DNA of 64,000 bases from Sumerlaeia bacterium (GCA_040219255.1 JAVJSW010000004.1:96001-160000); one strand, 5' to 3'. Positions 25,163-35,334 are shown, counted from the first letter of the stretch. The notes: generated by a model not told the origin, from the letters alone. Numbers and translations: made by a program.

Positions 25163-25651
25163 ATGGGCAAACGCGACATCAAAAAACTTCTGAACGATCA
25201 AGGGCCCCGGGTGCTGAACAACAATCGGCGCGCGCGGCACGATTATGAGATTGTGGAGAAATTCGAGGCCGGGGTGGCTCTGCGGGGGTGCGAGGTGAAG
25301 TCGCTGCGCGATGGCGGCGGCTCCGTGGCGGAAGCCTACATCCAGCCCCGGGGCAGCGAGCTTTGGATTGTCGGCTGGTACATTCCGCCGTACACGCACG
25401 GTTCGGCCTGGGTCGAAGCGTCGGATCGGGATCGCAAGCTGCTCTTGAACCGGCGCGAACTGAACGACCTGATTGGCTCGGTGAGCCAAAAGGGCTTCAC
25501 GATCGTGCCGCTGAAAGTTTACCTGACTGAGCGCGGTCTGGTGAAGATGGAAATCGGACTGGCTCGGGGCAAAACCCGGGTGGACCGGCGCCAAGACATC
25601 AAGGAGCGGACGGTGAAGCGCGAACTGGAACGGGAGTACAAAGTCCGATGA
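25163..25651 (+). CDS. smpB: SsrA-binding protein
   Basis: NRRARHDY, EAGVALRGCEVKSLR, RKLLL, TIVPL and ARGK..DRRQ motifs. Confidence 0.96.
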   Translation: MGKRDIKKLLNDQGPRVLNNNRRARHDYEIVEKFEAGVALRGCEVKSLRDGGGSVAEAYIQPRGSELWIVGWYIPPYTHGSAWVEASDRDRKLLLNRRELNDLIGSVSQKGFTIVPLKVYLTERGLVKMEIGLARGKTRVDRRQDIKERTVKRELEREYKVR

Positions 25652-26787
25652 CTGGTGCCGCTTCATTTCTCCAGGCGGGGGCCTGCGCGTTGGTGTTCGG
25701 GCTGGCAGGAGCTTTCCTGACGCCCCATGCGGCGCGGGCCGCCGAACCGCTGGTCGAGCGCCAGGGCCGGCCCGGTGAGCAGGATCGCCGCTCCGTTCTC
25801 CTCGGCCATGGGATCAACCCCACGGTGTCCTCTTTGGTCGCGTTCCTGGAGGGTGGATTTTCGCAAAGCGCCGTCGCGCGAGGCTTGCCGACGGATCCGC
25901 GGCTCAAGAGCGACATCCTCAACGTGGCGATCCAACACCTCGGGTTCGAACAAGCCACCGCCGCCGTTCCGGTCCTTTCTCAGATCACGGAAGGTACGAT
26001 GCCGCTGGGGACCCAGCGTATCATCAACCGCGACGTCGAGCGCCTGCCGGTGGATCAGGCGGGGCGGCTGCGGCAGATTTATTCCGGCACCGTACAGATG
26101 AACGCCATCGTGGCACTGGGCCTGATCGGCGATCCGGCGGGGGCCGAGTCGGTGCGGGCGGCCTCGCGCCGCGCCCCCAGCCCCGGCTTCACCGTGGAGG
26201 CCGCCATCGCCCTGGGCCTCATGAACGACCGGCGGGCTCTCGAGGAGTTGATGACGGTGCTGCGCTCGCCCGAAAGCGACGCGCTGGAGTACGGATTCCA
26301 GGGGCTGTTTTTCCTGACCGGCCGTAACTATGGCGTGAACGACCAGACCTCCATCGCCCGCCGCCGCCAAGTGGTGGACGAAGCGGCCGAGTGGTATCGC
26401 TCGGAGGGCCAGTTCTGGGTGCCGGACCGCACCGCGATTCTGCGCCGGCGGGCCGAAGGTGTGGGCGATCTGAGGCCCCCACTGACGACGCTGCGGGGGG
26501 CTCTGAAGGCATCACGCCGGTTCCAGGACTACGACCTGCGCTACGCCGCGCGCCAGCGCCTGGCCGGTCTGGGCCCGGGAGACGTGGCGGACCTGCGCGC
26601 CATCGTCCAGGACCCCTACGAAGACAACGACGTCCGCCAGTCCGCGATGCAGTACTATGCGGCTCTCGATCCGAAGGAAGCGAAGAAGGACCTGAAACGC
26701 ATCGCCAAACGCGATGAAAACCCAGCCGTCGCGGCCCGCGCCGAAGCCCTCCTGACCGACATCGATGAACTGCTGAAAGCCGGATAG
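25648..26787 (+). CDS. Exported HEAT-repeat protein
   Basis: Signal peptide (ARA|AE) and AIVALGLIGD / AAIALGLMND HEAT-like repeats. ATGA overlap with smpB. Confidence 0.7.
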   Translation: MTGAASFLQAGACALVFGLAGAFLTPHAARAAEPLVERQGRPGEQDRRSVLLGHGINPTVSSLVAFLEGGFSQSAVARGLPTDPRLKSDILNVAIQHLGFEQATAAVPVLSQITEGTMPLGTQRIINRDVERLPVDQAGRLRQIYSGTVQMNAIVALGLIGDPAGAESVRAASRRAPSPGFTVEAAIALGLMNDRRALEELMTVLRSPESDALEYGFQGLFFLTGRNYGVNDQTSIARRRQVVDEAAEWYRSEGQFWVPDRTAILRRRAEGVGDLRPPLTTLRGALKASRRFQDYDLRYAARQRLAGLGPGDVADLRAIVQDPYEDNDVRQSAMQYYAALDPKEAKKDLKRIAKRDENPAVAARAEALLTDIDELLKAG

Positions 26788-26871
26788 TTTCCTTTTCCAT
26801 TCCCCACGGAGAACACCACCGCGAACGCTGGACGTGACCTCTGTGCCCATCACCCATCCGAGGATCCTCCC

Positions 26872-27456
26872 ATGACCGCCCCATCAGCCACAATCCCCGC
26901 CGCGGATCGCGGCCGTTTCTTCAAGACTCAGAGCGCGCTGCCGGCCTTCGCGGCGGTGTTCCTCCTGGTCGCCGGAGCGCTGGCCTATGTGTTTTTCGTG
27001 GGCCTCGACCCCGATCGGAAACCACCGCGGCGTGCGCCTATGACCTTCGTTCTGCCCGCCGGGTTTTCCGGTGAAATCAAGGTCCTCTACGAAGTCGAAG
27101 GCGCCCCTCCACTGCCGGTGGACGAAGCCGGCCACGTCCTCCTCGACATCCCTCCCAGCGGGCGATTGGAAACGTCCTCGCCCCTGGAGTATGGTCAATC
27201 GGCGGACGACCTGTTCCTGCGGGAATTGACCGGGGGCGGCACGGAAGAGTTGAACATCGGCTACCTGAAGCGCCGCGTGAACGGGCTGGAGGGCGACAGC
27301 AAGGAATTCTTCCACGACCCCGAGCAAGAACTGCCGCTGCGGCGCCAGGAACTGGAGCAGCAAGGGCGCCTGGACGCCTCGGGCAACGTCATCAAACCCC
27401 CGGCACGGCCCTACCAGATCGTGGTTGTGCGGGACGATTTCGGCGACGAGAGTTAA
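26872..27456 (+). CDS. Hypothetical single-TM protein (DUF6843-like periplasmic domain)
   Basis: One TM, then FVLPAGFSGEIKVLY..GAPPLP..IPPSGRLETSS. Confidence 0.65.
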   Translation: MTAPSATIPAADRGRFFKTQSALPAFAAVFLLVAGALAYVFFVGLDPDRKPPRRAPMTFVLPAGFSGEIKVLYEVEGAPPLPVDEAGHVLLDIPPSGRLETSSPLEYGQSADDLFLRELTGGGTEELNIGYLKRRVNGLEGDSKEFFHDPEQELPLRRQELEQQGRLDASGNVIKPPARPYQIVVVRDDFGDES

Positions 27457-27758
27457 TCTTTCGGAAATAACCGATGGTATCGGCCCCGCGCCGGACCGCT
27501 GGCCGCCTTAGCGGCGATTGCGGCGCCAGGTGCGGGCCGGAGGACCTGTGCCGACCGGCGCGCGTGGCGGTGTCCGCCACGCGCGATCGAGGGGAATTCG
27601 CGCCCCACTCCTCCGTGATTTTCACGGCAGCCAGAATACGAGTGCACCAAAGCGCAAGAACAAGGCAGGCGGCCACCAGCGAGGTCCGGAGGTTGGACTT
27701 GAGCGTCTGAGCCGGAGGCGAGCCAACCCACAAGGCGACGGCGACTTTATTCAGAACC

Positions 27759-27770
27759 GTTATCAATAAC
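27759..27770. promoter_or_regulatory. Putative LacI-family auxiliary operator GTTATCAATAAC
   Basis: 11/12 match to the palindrome GTTATCGATAAC. Confidence 0.6.
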
Positions 27771-27908
27771 TGAAAGCTTCTCCTGGGAAGGTTGGAACGG
27801 TCAGGAACGGTCCATTTTTCCGGATTGTAGCTATTTGGCGGCAAATACTGAGCCCAATGCGGCGAGGGTCGTGCCCAAAAAAAATCGTCGGTTGGAGCGA
27901 TAAAAGGG

Positions 27909-27951
27909 TTGCATTAGGGCGGGGCGATTTCTAAGTTGCGCTATCGATAAC
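27909..27951 (+). promoter_or_regulatory. Sigma70-like promoter with overlapping LacI-type operator
   Basis: TTGCAT-17 bp-TAAGTT (27909-27937), followed by GCTATCGATAAC (27940-27951). Confidence 0.6.
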
Positions 27952-28395
27952 GGAGATGGGCCAGCCGGGTTCACGACAGCGCCAGGCTCGGTTATCTCTC
28001 CGGAAACCTAGAAGCCGTGAACGGCGCCTTGCGCAACGGCACTCCGCCGGAAAGCCATTACCTGTGGAACAGTCTCGAAAAGTTGGGTTGAATCAAAGGG
28101 GGCCCCAAGAATTTCGGGTTCCTTAACGTCGATCTTGAAGCTCTGGCGACGCCCTCCAAGACTGGCCACCTCTGGTATCGGGAATTCTTTCGAAGCCTGC
28201 GAAGAGAAACCCGCAAACAAAATAAAGACAGGAGGATACAGCGCTGACTGTCGGCGGATCGCATCTGAAAGGCAGTTGACAGATCGTTTGAACTGATCCG
28301 GTCAACCAGCAACATCCACCGGTTTCGGTGGTTTATTTCGCGCTCTTTGTTTTAGTTACCAAGTGCGCCCAACACTCCAGGAGACTCTACCCCTC

Positions 28396-29607
28396 ATGCG
28401 TATTTTCAACATCCCCTTCGCCGCCACTCTAGCGGCCACCCTCGCCTCGGCGAGCATCGCTAGCGCCCAGTATGGTCTGGTCGACAACTTCAATGGCACC
28501 GGCCGCAATGGCGACGGTGTGAACCTGTATGCCAACGGTACCGGATTCTTCGCCGGTGGTGGGGCAGGCGGCGGCGGCGGTGAATCCCCTGGTGATGGTC
28601 CCGACAGCAGCAAAGCCTTCGTAGCCGGCGGCGCGATCGGTGGCGGTTTCATCGGCTTTTCCACCACGGTCGCTGACACCGTGGGCGGCGATCCAGCAGT
28701 CGACATCACCCAGGTCGTCAACGGCATGGAAACCACCGGCTTGGTTCTCGATTTCAAAGACAATCAAGCGGATGGAGACGGCTATGCGGTGCGCCTCGAA
28801 AGCGGCGACTTCGCTAACTCGCGAACTTATGCCATTCCTAATGCGACGACCGACACGTGGCGCATGCTTTCGATTCCGCTGGCGGGGGATGTCACCTATC
28901 CCGCCACCGATGCGGGTACCTTCAACCCCGCTGCGATCACGGCGATCGTGGTCCTTCCCACCGTTGAAGTGGGCGGCAACCACGACTACCGCGTCGACAA
29001 CATTGGCTTCCTCAGCAACCGCGTCCCAACCGTCGGCGACATTGAAGATTTCCAGGATGAATCGGCCGGGGCGCTGACCATTGGTGCGGATCTGGCACCC
29101 ACAGCCGCGACCAACTTGTTCGGCGGCATGACGGCGGGCTTCACCTTTGGCGGCGACACAATTTCCACGGCGGAAGTGGTCGACCTCGGCGCTGGCGACT
29201 TGGCCGGGCGCTGGTCGTTTAGCGGCGGCAACAGCGGCATCCTCTTTGATCTGGGCCCCGCCGAAGGCAGTCAGTCTGATGTGAGCGCCTACGACACCAT
29301 CCGCCTCGACCTGGCGGTGGGCGAAGCTGGCGACGAAGTCATCATCCTGCTCGAAGACGCCTTCGCCGTCGACTTCGGCGAGCGCTGCACCTTCACCCCC
29401 GCGGTCACCACCACCCTGACCACGATTGATATCCCGATGGCTTCGCTGACCTGCGGCGCCCAGGGCCTCGCCACCGCCCAGTCCTGGGCTCAGCGCCTCA
29501 CCGTGCTGACCAGCAACGATCAGGGCAATGGCATCGAAATCACTGTCGACAACGTGCAGCTGATCGACAGCAGTGCGAGCGTCACGAACTGGAGAGCGGT
29601 GGACTGA
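28396..29607 (+). CDS. Secreted protein with two CBM11/CIA30-like beta-sandwich domains
   Basis: Signal peptide (ASA|Q) and two internally similar halves (VDNF..WRMLSIPL..YRVDNIGF; IEDF..IDIPM..ITVDNVQL). Ends ASVTNWRAVD. Confidence 0.7.
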   Translation: MRIFNIPFAATLAATLASASIASAQYGLVDNFNGTGRNGDGVNLYANGTGFFAGGGAGGGGGESPGDGPDSSKAFVAGGAIGGGFIGFSTTVADTVGGDPAVDITQVVNGMETTGLVLDFKDNQADGDGYAVRLESGDFANSRTYAIPNATTDTWRMLSIPLAGDVTYPATDAGTFNPAAITAIVVLPTVEVGGNHDYRVDNIGFLSNRVPTVGDIEDFQDESAGALTIGADLAPTAATNLFGGMTAGFTFGGDTISTAEVVDLGAGDLAGRWSFSGGNSGILFDLGPAEGSQSDVSAYDTIRLDLAVGEAGDEVIILLEDAFAVDFGERCTFTPAVTTTLTTIDIPMASLTCGAQGLATAQSWAQRLTVLTSNDQGNGIEITVDNVQLIDSSASVTNWRAVD

Positions 29608-29660
29608 TAGGCTTGCGATGCTGGCGAACGCATAATCCACGTGCAGCGCCCCGACCGTGA

Positions 29661-29831
29661 TCCATCAATCTTGCGGCGGGCGATGTGACCGCCCTGGCGA
29701 CGAACCCGGACATCTACATCGACAACCTGCAGATCACCTCCGGCGCGGCTTCCGTCGACGGCTGGGCTCTCTACCAGCAATCCAAGCCCACGGGCAACCT
29801 CTTGATGTGTAGTGGCAAACGGCGCGGGTGA
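29661..29831 (+). pseudogene. Remnant 3' end of a paralogous secreted protein gene
   Basis: The frame after the stop at 29658 reads SINLAAGDVTALATNPDIYIDNLQITSGAASVDGWALYQQ, mirroring the upstream C-terminus IEITVDNVQLIDSSASVTNW. No credible start or RBS. Confidence 0.55.
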
Positions 29832-29847
29832 TTCCGCGCCGTTTGTC
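29814..29847 (+). terminator. Strong hairpin / probable terminator
   Basis: GGCAAACGGCGCGG / CCGCGCCGTTTGTC inverted repeat. Confidence 0.6.
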
Positions 29848-30056
29848 GATTCCGCCCCCGATGTGGCAAGGAAGGGAGCAGCCTGACCCGAACCCGATTT
29901 TCTCATGATTGCGCTCTTTCCGAGTTCGCCCGTCCAGGAATTGCTGGCCGGAACCGAACGGGGCGGGGCTGGAAGAATTGACACCTTGTCCAGTGACCTT
30001 TCCCGCCTCTGGCCCTTCGGGCGGATCGCGGGGGAGGAAGAAAGGAATTCTTCACG

Positions 30057-31616
30057 ATGCGTCACCGAAAATCCCGGACCCTTCATTTCCGATCAGCGAA
30101 GTCGAAAATCCGCAGCGGGTTCTTCATCGCTCTGCTTGGCTTCATTTGCCTGTCGCCACCCGCCTTCCCCGCCATGGCGCAGGACCCGCCCGATTGGGTG
30201 GTGGACGACTTCGCCGATGGGGATCTCACCTCGAATCTAGATTGGACCTGGCAAACGTTCGCGACGGGAAACCGGGACGCGATCGGGTTGGCCGTGTCTT
30301 TCGATGGGACGCGTGGCAACCGGCTGACGGCCCGCGGTACCATCCCTGGCGACGGCCATGGATTTGGCTATGCCGGTCTGCTGCTGTCGGCTCCGGGAGT
30401 GGGCAAGGAGGGGTTGGAGCACCTGGTGGCTTCGGACATCAAGGACTTCGATGGGGCCTATGGGCTCGCCTTCTGGGCGGCGTCGAACAAGCCGGACTAC
30501 TACGCCGTCCGGATCGAGCAGCGAGGCCTGGGACCAAACTCGACCAACGTGGTGTTTCCCGTGACCGAGGAGATGCAGGAGTATCTGGTGCCGCTGAGGA
30601 AATTCACGAGCGGGGTCTCGGCGAGCACGGGACTGGCCTTTGTGCGGATGATCGAAGCGCCAGGCGATCACTTCCACCTGGAGCTGAAGGATGTCCGGAT
30701 TGTGCGGGTGCCGCCGGCGGATCGGGCGCCACGGCTCGACATGGTGGCGGACTGGTCGCCCTCTCCGGAGATCGGCCTGCAAAACGCCCGGTTCCACAGC
30801 AAGCCGATGCTCCTCTACTTTTCGAGCGAATTCGCCAAGCCCTGCCAAGCCTTCGAGAACGAGCTGGTGCGGGAGAAGGCTTTCCCGGAACTGGCCGGCG
30901 CGTTCGTTCTCGCCAAGCTCGATGTGAACGATTACCAGACGCTGACCCGCCGCTGCGATATCTGGAAGGTGCCCGCCTTCGTCGCTCTCGAACCCGCCTC
31001 GGGAAGTATGACGACGCTTTACGCGGGCGTCGAGACGCAGGAGTTGGCGGAGGTCATGCGCTCGTACCTGACCAGCCGGCCGGAGACGGAAACCCCGGCC
31101 CAGCAGGCCACACCCGCCGCCAAGTACCAGATTGTTGAGATCGACCGCTTCTCGGACCGTAACACGCTGAACGAACTGGGCGGCACGTGGGGGGCGTTTT
31201 CCGCCGGGGATCGAGGCGATATCGCCTACCGCTTCACGGATCTTGGCAGTGGCAATCTGGCTCTGGAGGTTCGCGGAATCTATCCGGCGGGCCAGGGCGG
31301 GACCTATGGCGGCGTTTACTGCGATGTGACACCTGATCGGCAAAGCCCTCGCAACCTGGCTGCTTGCCGTTGGATTTCCTTCGTTTGCCGGTCGGCGGAA
31401 GCCGGTTTCTATCAGTTGCACCTGGAGAATGAACGGGGCGAGTCCTCGCAGCCGGTGCGGTTCCGCGCCGAAACCAAACCGGCGCGGATCACTCTGCCAG
31501 TGGAGGGATTCGGGAGCATCGCCGAAACGGTCTCGACGATGGTCTGGACGCGCCCCAACCCGGTGGCGGGCGAGGAGTTCCACCTGGTGCTCGACGACGT
31601 GATCGCCATTCGGTGA
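30057..31616 (+). CDS. Secreted CIA30/CBM11-like - thioredoxin-like - CIA30/CBM11-like protein
   Basis: Signal-like hydrophobic stretch ending AMA|Q. Two VDDF/IDRF..N.L..W..F domains flank the Trx-fold-like KPMLLYFSSEFAKPCQAFE...VPAFV. Confidence 0.7.
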   Translation: MRHRKSRTLHFRSAKSKIRSGFFIALLGFICLSPPAFPAMAQDPPDWVVDDFADGDLTSNLDWTWQTFATGNRDAIGLAVSFDGTRGNRLTARGTIPGDGHGFGYAGLLLSAPGVGKEGLEHLVASDIKDFDGAYGLAFWAASNKPDYYAVRIEQRGLGPNSTNVVFPVTEEMQEYLVPLRKFTSGVSASTGLAFVRMIEAPGDHFHLELKDVRIVRVPPADRAPRLDMVADWSPSPEIGLQNARFHSKPMLLYFSSEFAKPCQAFENELVREKAFPELAGAFVLAKLDVNDYQTLTRRCDIWKVPAFVALEPASGSMTTLYAGVETQELAEVMRSYLTSRPETETPAQQATPAAKYQIVEIDRFSDRNTLNELGGTWGAFSAGDRGDIAYRFTDLGSGNLALEVRGIYPAGQGGTYGGVYCDVTPDRQSPRNLAACRWISFVCRSAEAGFYQLHLENERGESSQPVRFRAETKPARITLPVEGFGSIAETVSTMVWTRPNPVAGEEFHLVLDDVIAIR

Positions 31617-31723
31617 CCCGCCGTGAAGGAAAACAACAAAGGGCTGGCCGGCCAGGAATCGCTTTCCTGGCCGGCCGGTTCGTCTTCAAGAGTGGGAATT
31701 GACTTCGAGAGAGGGCGGGCTTC

Positions 31724-34700
31724 TCAGCCCAGGCGAACGTCGATCCGCCGGAAGAGTCCCTTGCGGACGCCGCGGGCGATATCTCCGCGGATGGCATCGG
31801 GCGCATAGGTCACGCCATCGAGGGAGTAGCTCCGCACCGAAACGCCGTCTGGCCCCCAAGTGTTTTTCATTTCCGGGTTGTGGTAAATCACGAGAGTCTT
31901 CCCGAAGGCCACGCAGACGAGGACGTTTCCGTGCAGGAAATCTTTGGCCCCTTGCCAGGCGATCGTTGCCGGCTCGGAGGAGAACCAGCGGGCAGGAAGA
32001 ACGGGGGCGAGGCGGAACTGGAGCTGTCCGTCCTCGATGCTGAAGGGCCGCGCGCCGATGGTGAGCGCCAGCCAGATGTGGATGAATTCGGCGGTGCTAC
32101 CGCTGAGGCGCGCCACAAAGCCGCGGCCCCGGGCCGCCGGATCGTGGTAATCGGAGGAGGCGATGTAGGAGCTGTTCTCGAAGATGCTGCGGCCGTAGCG
32201 CTCGGGCGCCATGAAGGGGACCAGCGAGGTCTCCGCTTCCTCGAAGAACTCGTCGTAGAGGCCATTGCGCAGAAGCTCGACGAGGAGCTTGTAGGACATG
32301 TGGACCCAGACGGAACCGTTCTCGTAGATGCCGCGGTTGAAGGTGCGGATGCGCCCGATGTCTCGGCTGCACGAGGAGAGGTCCTCGTTGAGCAAGAACA
32401 TGCCAAGGGGCTCGTCGCGCAGGACCGATTCACGAATGGCCCGGTAGATGGCGCGGGCCTCGCCGGGGGACTTGGCGAGCCGCATCAGATGCACCTGGGC
32501 CTCGAGGAACAGGGGCAGCGGCGCTGGCGCGACAGCCCGGGCGGAAAGCTCGCCCCCGGCGGGTTCGCCGTCGCGCTGGAAATACATGTGGATGAGGGGC
32601 GAATCCTCGCGGCGCGAGGCTTCAATGGCCCGCGCTGTGAGACCTTCGATGGCATTGAGCAAAGCTTCCACGGCGGCTTGCGGCACGGTTTCCAGAGCGA
32701 CCCGATGCTGCGCGTAGGCGGCTTCGCGATAGGCCTCGCGGAGGTCCGCGGCGGCTTCCCAGTCGTAGCGCGGGGCCGACGCGATGGCGGTTGCCTTGGA
32801 GAGCAGATGGGCGGCGGGGGCGGGCAACTCGACGTGGCCGATGTCGCCGAGGTGAGCCTTGAGGTAGCGGGCGAGACGGGCGAGGGCGACGGTCTCGCCG
32901 ACGGAGGACCCAAAGATTCCGGGCAGGCCATTGAGCGCGTCGTTCCACCCAGGGCGGCCCGCTTCCATTTCCATCCCACGGCCTTCCGGATCGAGGGTCA
33001 TGGCTTTGAGCGCCGCCAGCAGGACAAGTTTGGCTCCGGCGCTGACCGGCGGCCAGGGCGCCTTGCGATCAGTCTCGCGGCGGGGCGCGAGGGCCCGGTA
33101 CTGGCGCAGTTTTCCGCCGCGCGCTTCGACCCGCTCGGCCCGGGGCAGGACCCGGACCGGTGGCTCGAACCACCCCACCGGCTGACGCAGCGCCGGTCCG
33201 TGCTCGTCGGGCAGGACGGCGCGATGGGCTTCCAGCAAATCGACCAGATAAGCCCAGTGATCGATCCAATAGCCATCGTGATCGGATTTTCCGGAAAGAC
33301 GAGCGTCGCAGCGGGAGAGCACGTTGGCGGCCCATTCCTCGGCGTTGGGCGGGTCGACGCGATAGCAGGCGAGCCAGAGGTGCAACTCGCCCGGCGAAAA
33401 GGGGCGCGCCAGAAGGGCGGCGAAGGCCTGGCGTGCTTGCGGCGATGCGGCGGGACACAGCTCGGCGGCGTCGCGTTCGGCGGGCAACTGCCAGCGGTAC
33501 CCCTCCACCGACAGCGGATTGTAGCCGTCGGGCTGAATCAACTCAAGGAAGGCGGCGATTTCCGGGGCGCCCGCTTCGGGATGGAACCAACAGTCGTGGC
33601 GGCGATTCTGAAGGACATCGCGGAAGTTGCCGGCGCCCTCCGAGTAGGGATGGGCGGGTACCCGGAAATCATTGTAATCGCGCTCGAGATCGCCATGGCG
33701 CCGGGTGTAGAGGTGCACCGGCCGCGGGCCTTGGCGCGACGGAAAGAGCACCGGAACGCCGCCGCGCAGAACGTTATCCAGATAGTTCTGACGAACGTAT
33801 CCATTGAGTTCCTTCGATGCGGTCTGGGCGATGGCGGGGACGGTGATGGCCTCGACAGCGCGGCGGCTTTCGGCCTGGACGGTTTGCTGGACGCCGGCCG
33901 GGGAAAAGGCTTCGATGAAGTCGTCGAGCAATTCGCTGGAGCGCGCGAAGCCCGCATAAGCGATGAGTTCGATGGAGGCTTCCGGGGCGAAAGTGACTTC
34001 GCCGGAGAGGGCGATGGCGCAGGGAAGGCGGTTACTCCACACCTGCTGCCGCTCATCGAAATCGCCGTTGAGAAACGCCTCGGGGCGGACGAAGTTGCCA
34101 CCCGGACCGAAAAAGGCGTCCGGGTCGACGGCCATCGCCATGGCTCGGGCGCCCGCCTCCTCTTGAAGCCAGGCCCCATAGAAGGTGGTTTCCGAAAGCG
34201 CTTCGACGCAGGCCTCGTCGCTCATCGAGGTGGGCAGGGAGAAGGTGGCGGGACCGCCCGGGTGCTGGCCCACGGTGACAAACGCCTCGCTGATGCGGCG
34301 CAGGCGCTTGAGAGAATAATCGGAGACGCCGGAGGGCACGATCACGGGCAGGCCGTCGGCGATTCGGGCGGTCCGGGGGCGCGGCGCCAGATTGGTGATT
34401 CGCACCCGGCGGCACAGAGCGGGCACCGGGCTGGACACCACGGTGCAATACTGCACCTCGGTTTGCCAGAGGGCATGCTCGTTGCGGTCGACCAGGGAGA
34501 GGGCGTGGGGCTCGATCGAGAGTCGGCGCTTGGCCGTTTCTCCGAAGGGCGAGTGGTTGGCAAAGGGCTCGTAGTAGGTTCCGTCCCCTTCTTGCAGAAA
34601 GGTGCGGAACCCATAGAGGCTGACGAGCTGGTAGGCCCAGGTGGAGGAGAAAAACTCGCCGATGGCGTGGTCCTTGTCCTCGTAGCCGAAGGAGCAGACA

Positions 34701-34894
34701 CCCTGGCCCCGATTGACGTACATGCACCACAGAGGGGCGCCGAGAGGGCCGGCGATTCCGGGGAGGAAACTGGCGAAGGGATACTGGCGGTCGAATTGAG
34801 CGATCTCATAGGCGGCGTTGTCGCAAGCGCGCCAGGGAGATCCCTCCCATCCCGTCCGGGATGCAACACGGTGTGAATTCGCTTTCAGGATCAT
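31724..34894 (-). CDS. Glycoside phosphorylase, probably GH161 beta-1,3-glucan phosphorylase
   Basis: PFASFLPGIAG..LWCMYVNRGQ, QNYLDNVLRGG, RRHGDLERDYN, EMEAGRPGWNDALNGLPG, ENGSVWVHMSYK and FVARLSGSTAEF motifs. No signal peptide; GH16 neighbours. Confidence 0.8.
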   Translation of the reverse strand: MILKANSHRVASRTGWEGSPWRACDNAAYEIAQFDRQYPFASFLPGIAGPLGAPLWCMYVNRGQGVCSFGYEDKDHAIGEFFSSTWAYQLVSLYGFRTFLQEGDGTYYEPFANHSPFGETAKRRLSIEPHALSLVDRNEHALWQTEVQYCTVVSSPVPALCRRVRITNLAPRPRTARIADGLPVIVPSGVSDYSLKRLRRISEAFVTVGQHPGGPATFSLPTSMSDEACVEALSETTFYGAWLQEEAGARAMAMAVDPDAFFGPGGNFVRPEAFLNGDFDERQQVWSNRLPCAIALSGEVTFAPEASIELIAYAGFARSSELLDDFIEAFSPAGVQQTVQAESRRAVEAITVPAIAQTASKELNGYVRQNYLDNVLRGGVPVLFPSRQGPRPVHLYTRRHGDLERDYNDFRVPAHPYSEGAGNFRDVLQNRRHDCWFHPEAGAPEIAAFLELIQPDGYNPLSVEGYRWQLPAERDAAELCPAASPQARQAFAALLARPFSPGELHLWLACYRVDPPNAEEWAANVLSRCDARLSGKSDHDGYWIDHWAYLVDLLEAHRAVLPDEHGPALRQPVGWFEPPVRVLPRAERVEARGGKLRQYRALAPRRETDRKAPWPPVSAGAKLVLLAALKAMTLDPEGRGMEMEAGRPGWNDALNGLPGIFGSSVGETVALARLARYLKAHLGDIGHVELPAPAAHLLSKATAIASAPRYDWEAAADLREAYREAAYAQHRVALETVPQAAVEALLNAIEGLTARAIEASRREDSPLIHMYFQRDGEPAGGELSARAVAPAPLPLFLEAQVHLMRLAKSPGEARAIYRAIRESVLRDEPLGMFLLNEDLSSCSRDIGRIRTFNRGIYENGSVWVHMSYKLLVELLRNGLYDEFFEEAETSLVPFMAPERYGRSIFENSSYIASSDYHDPAARGRGFVARLSGSTAEFIHIWLALTIGARPFSIEDGQLQFRLAPVLPARWFSSEPATIAWQGAKDFLHGNVLVCVAFGKTLVIYHNPEMKNTWGPDGVSVRSYSLDGVTYAPDAIRGDIARGVRKGLFRRIDVRLG

Positions 34895-34995
34895 GATCGT
34901 GTGAGCCTTAGGGGGTCGAATCGCTTCATGGGCGGCTGGGCGGTCATCGTGGAATTCGATTTGTCGCCAAAGCACGGCGGGGCCGGGAGCGCTTC

Positions 34996-35007
34996 GTTAA
35001 AGTTATC
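34996..35007. promoter_or_regulatory. Degenerate auxiliary operator GTTAAAGTTATC
   Basis: Weak match to the operator consensus, ~160 bp from the perfect site. Confidence 0.35.
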
Positions 35008-35154
35008 TTACCACAGCGGTCCCGTCCGCGCTCGGAAGGTGAGTCGATTGGCAGCCAAGGGAAGAGTCCGGCGGCGGAAATCGCTTGCAAGAAGAGGTTT
35101 TCGTTCACAGCCAGGATCGGCGGAGAAGGCGTGATCGCCGCCGGATTCCGAGCG

Positions 35155-35168
35155 AGTTATCGATAACT
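35155..35168. promoter_or_regulatory. Perfect 14-bp palindrome AGTTATCGATAACT, LacI-type operator
   Basis: CG-centred palindrome in the divergent intergenic region between the phosphorylase and lacI genes. Confidence 0.75.
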
Positions 35169-35334
35169 AACAACTGCGTCGCGGTGTGGTCAATAGCTTT
35201 CCGCGAAAAAGTTGGAGCGCTTCGCCCGGCCGCCTCCGGGGTCAGTTTCCCCTAGCTGACAAGCTTTGTCGGGGGTACCTCATCGCGCGATGCGTTTACC
35301 GCCAGCCCTCCCCCTAAGGAATCCGCGAGCGACG

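Noticed and set aside
27392-28315. Short ORFs in the 27.4-28.3 kb gap
   Set aside because: No RBS, motif or codon-bias support. The region is better explained as regulatory DNA.
25036-28395. tmRNA (ssrA) or tRNA near smpB
   Set aside because: No GGGG..GGTTCGA..CCACCA tRNA-like ends were found by eye in the neighbouring intergenic regions.
31880-34876. 998-aa plus-strand ORF
   Set aside because: Shadow of the GH161-like phosphorylase; no recognisable motifs.
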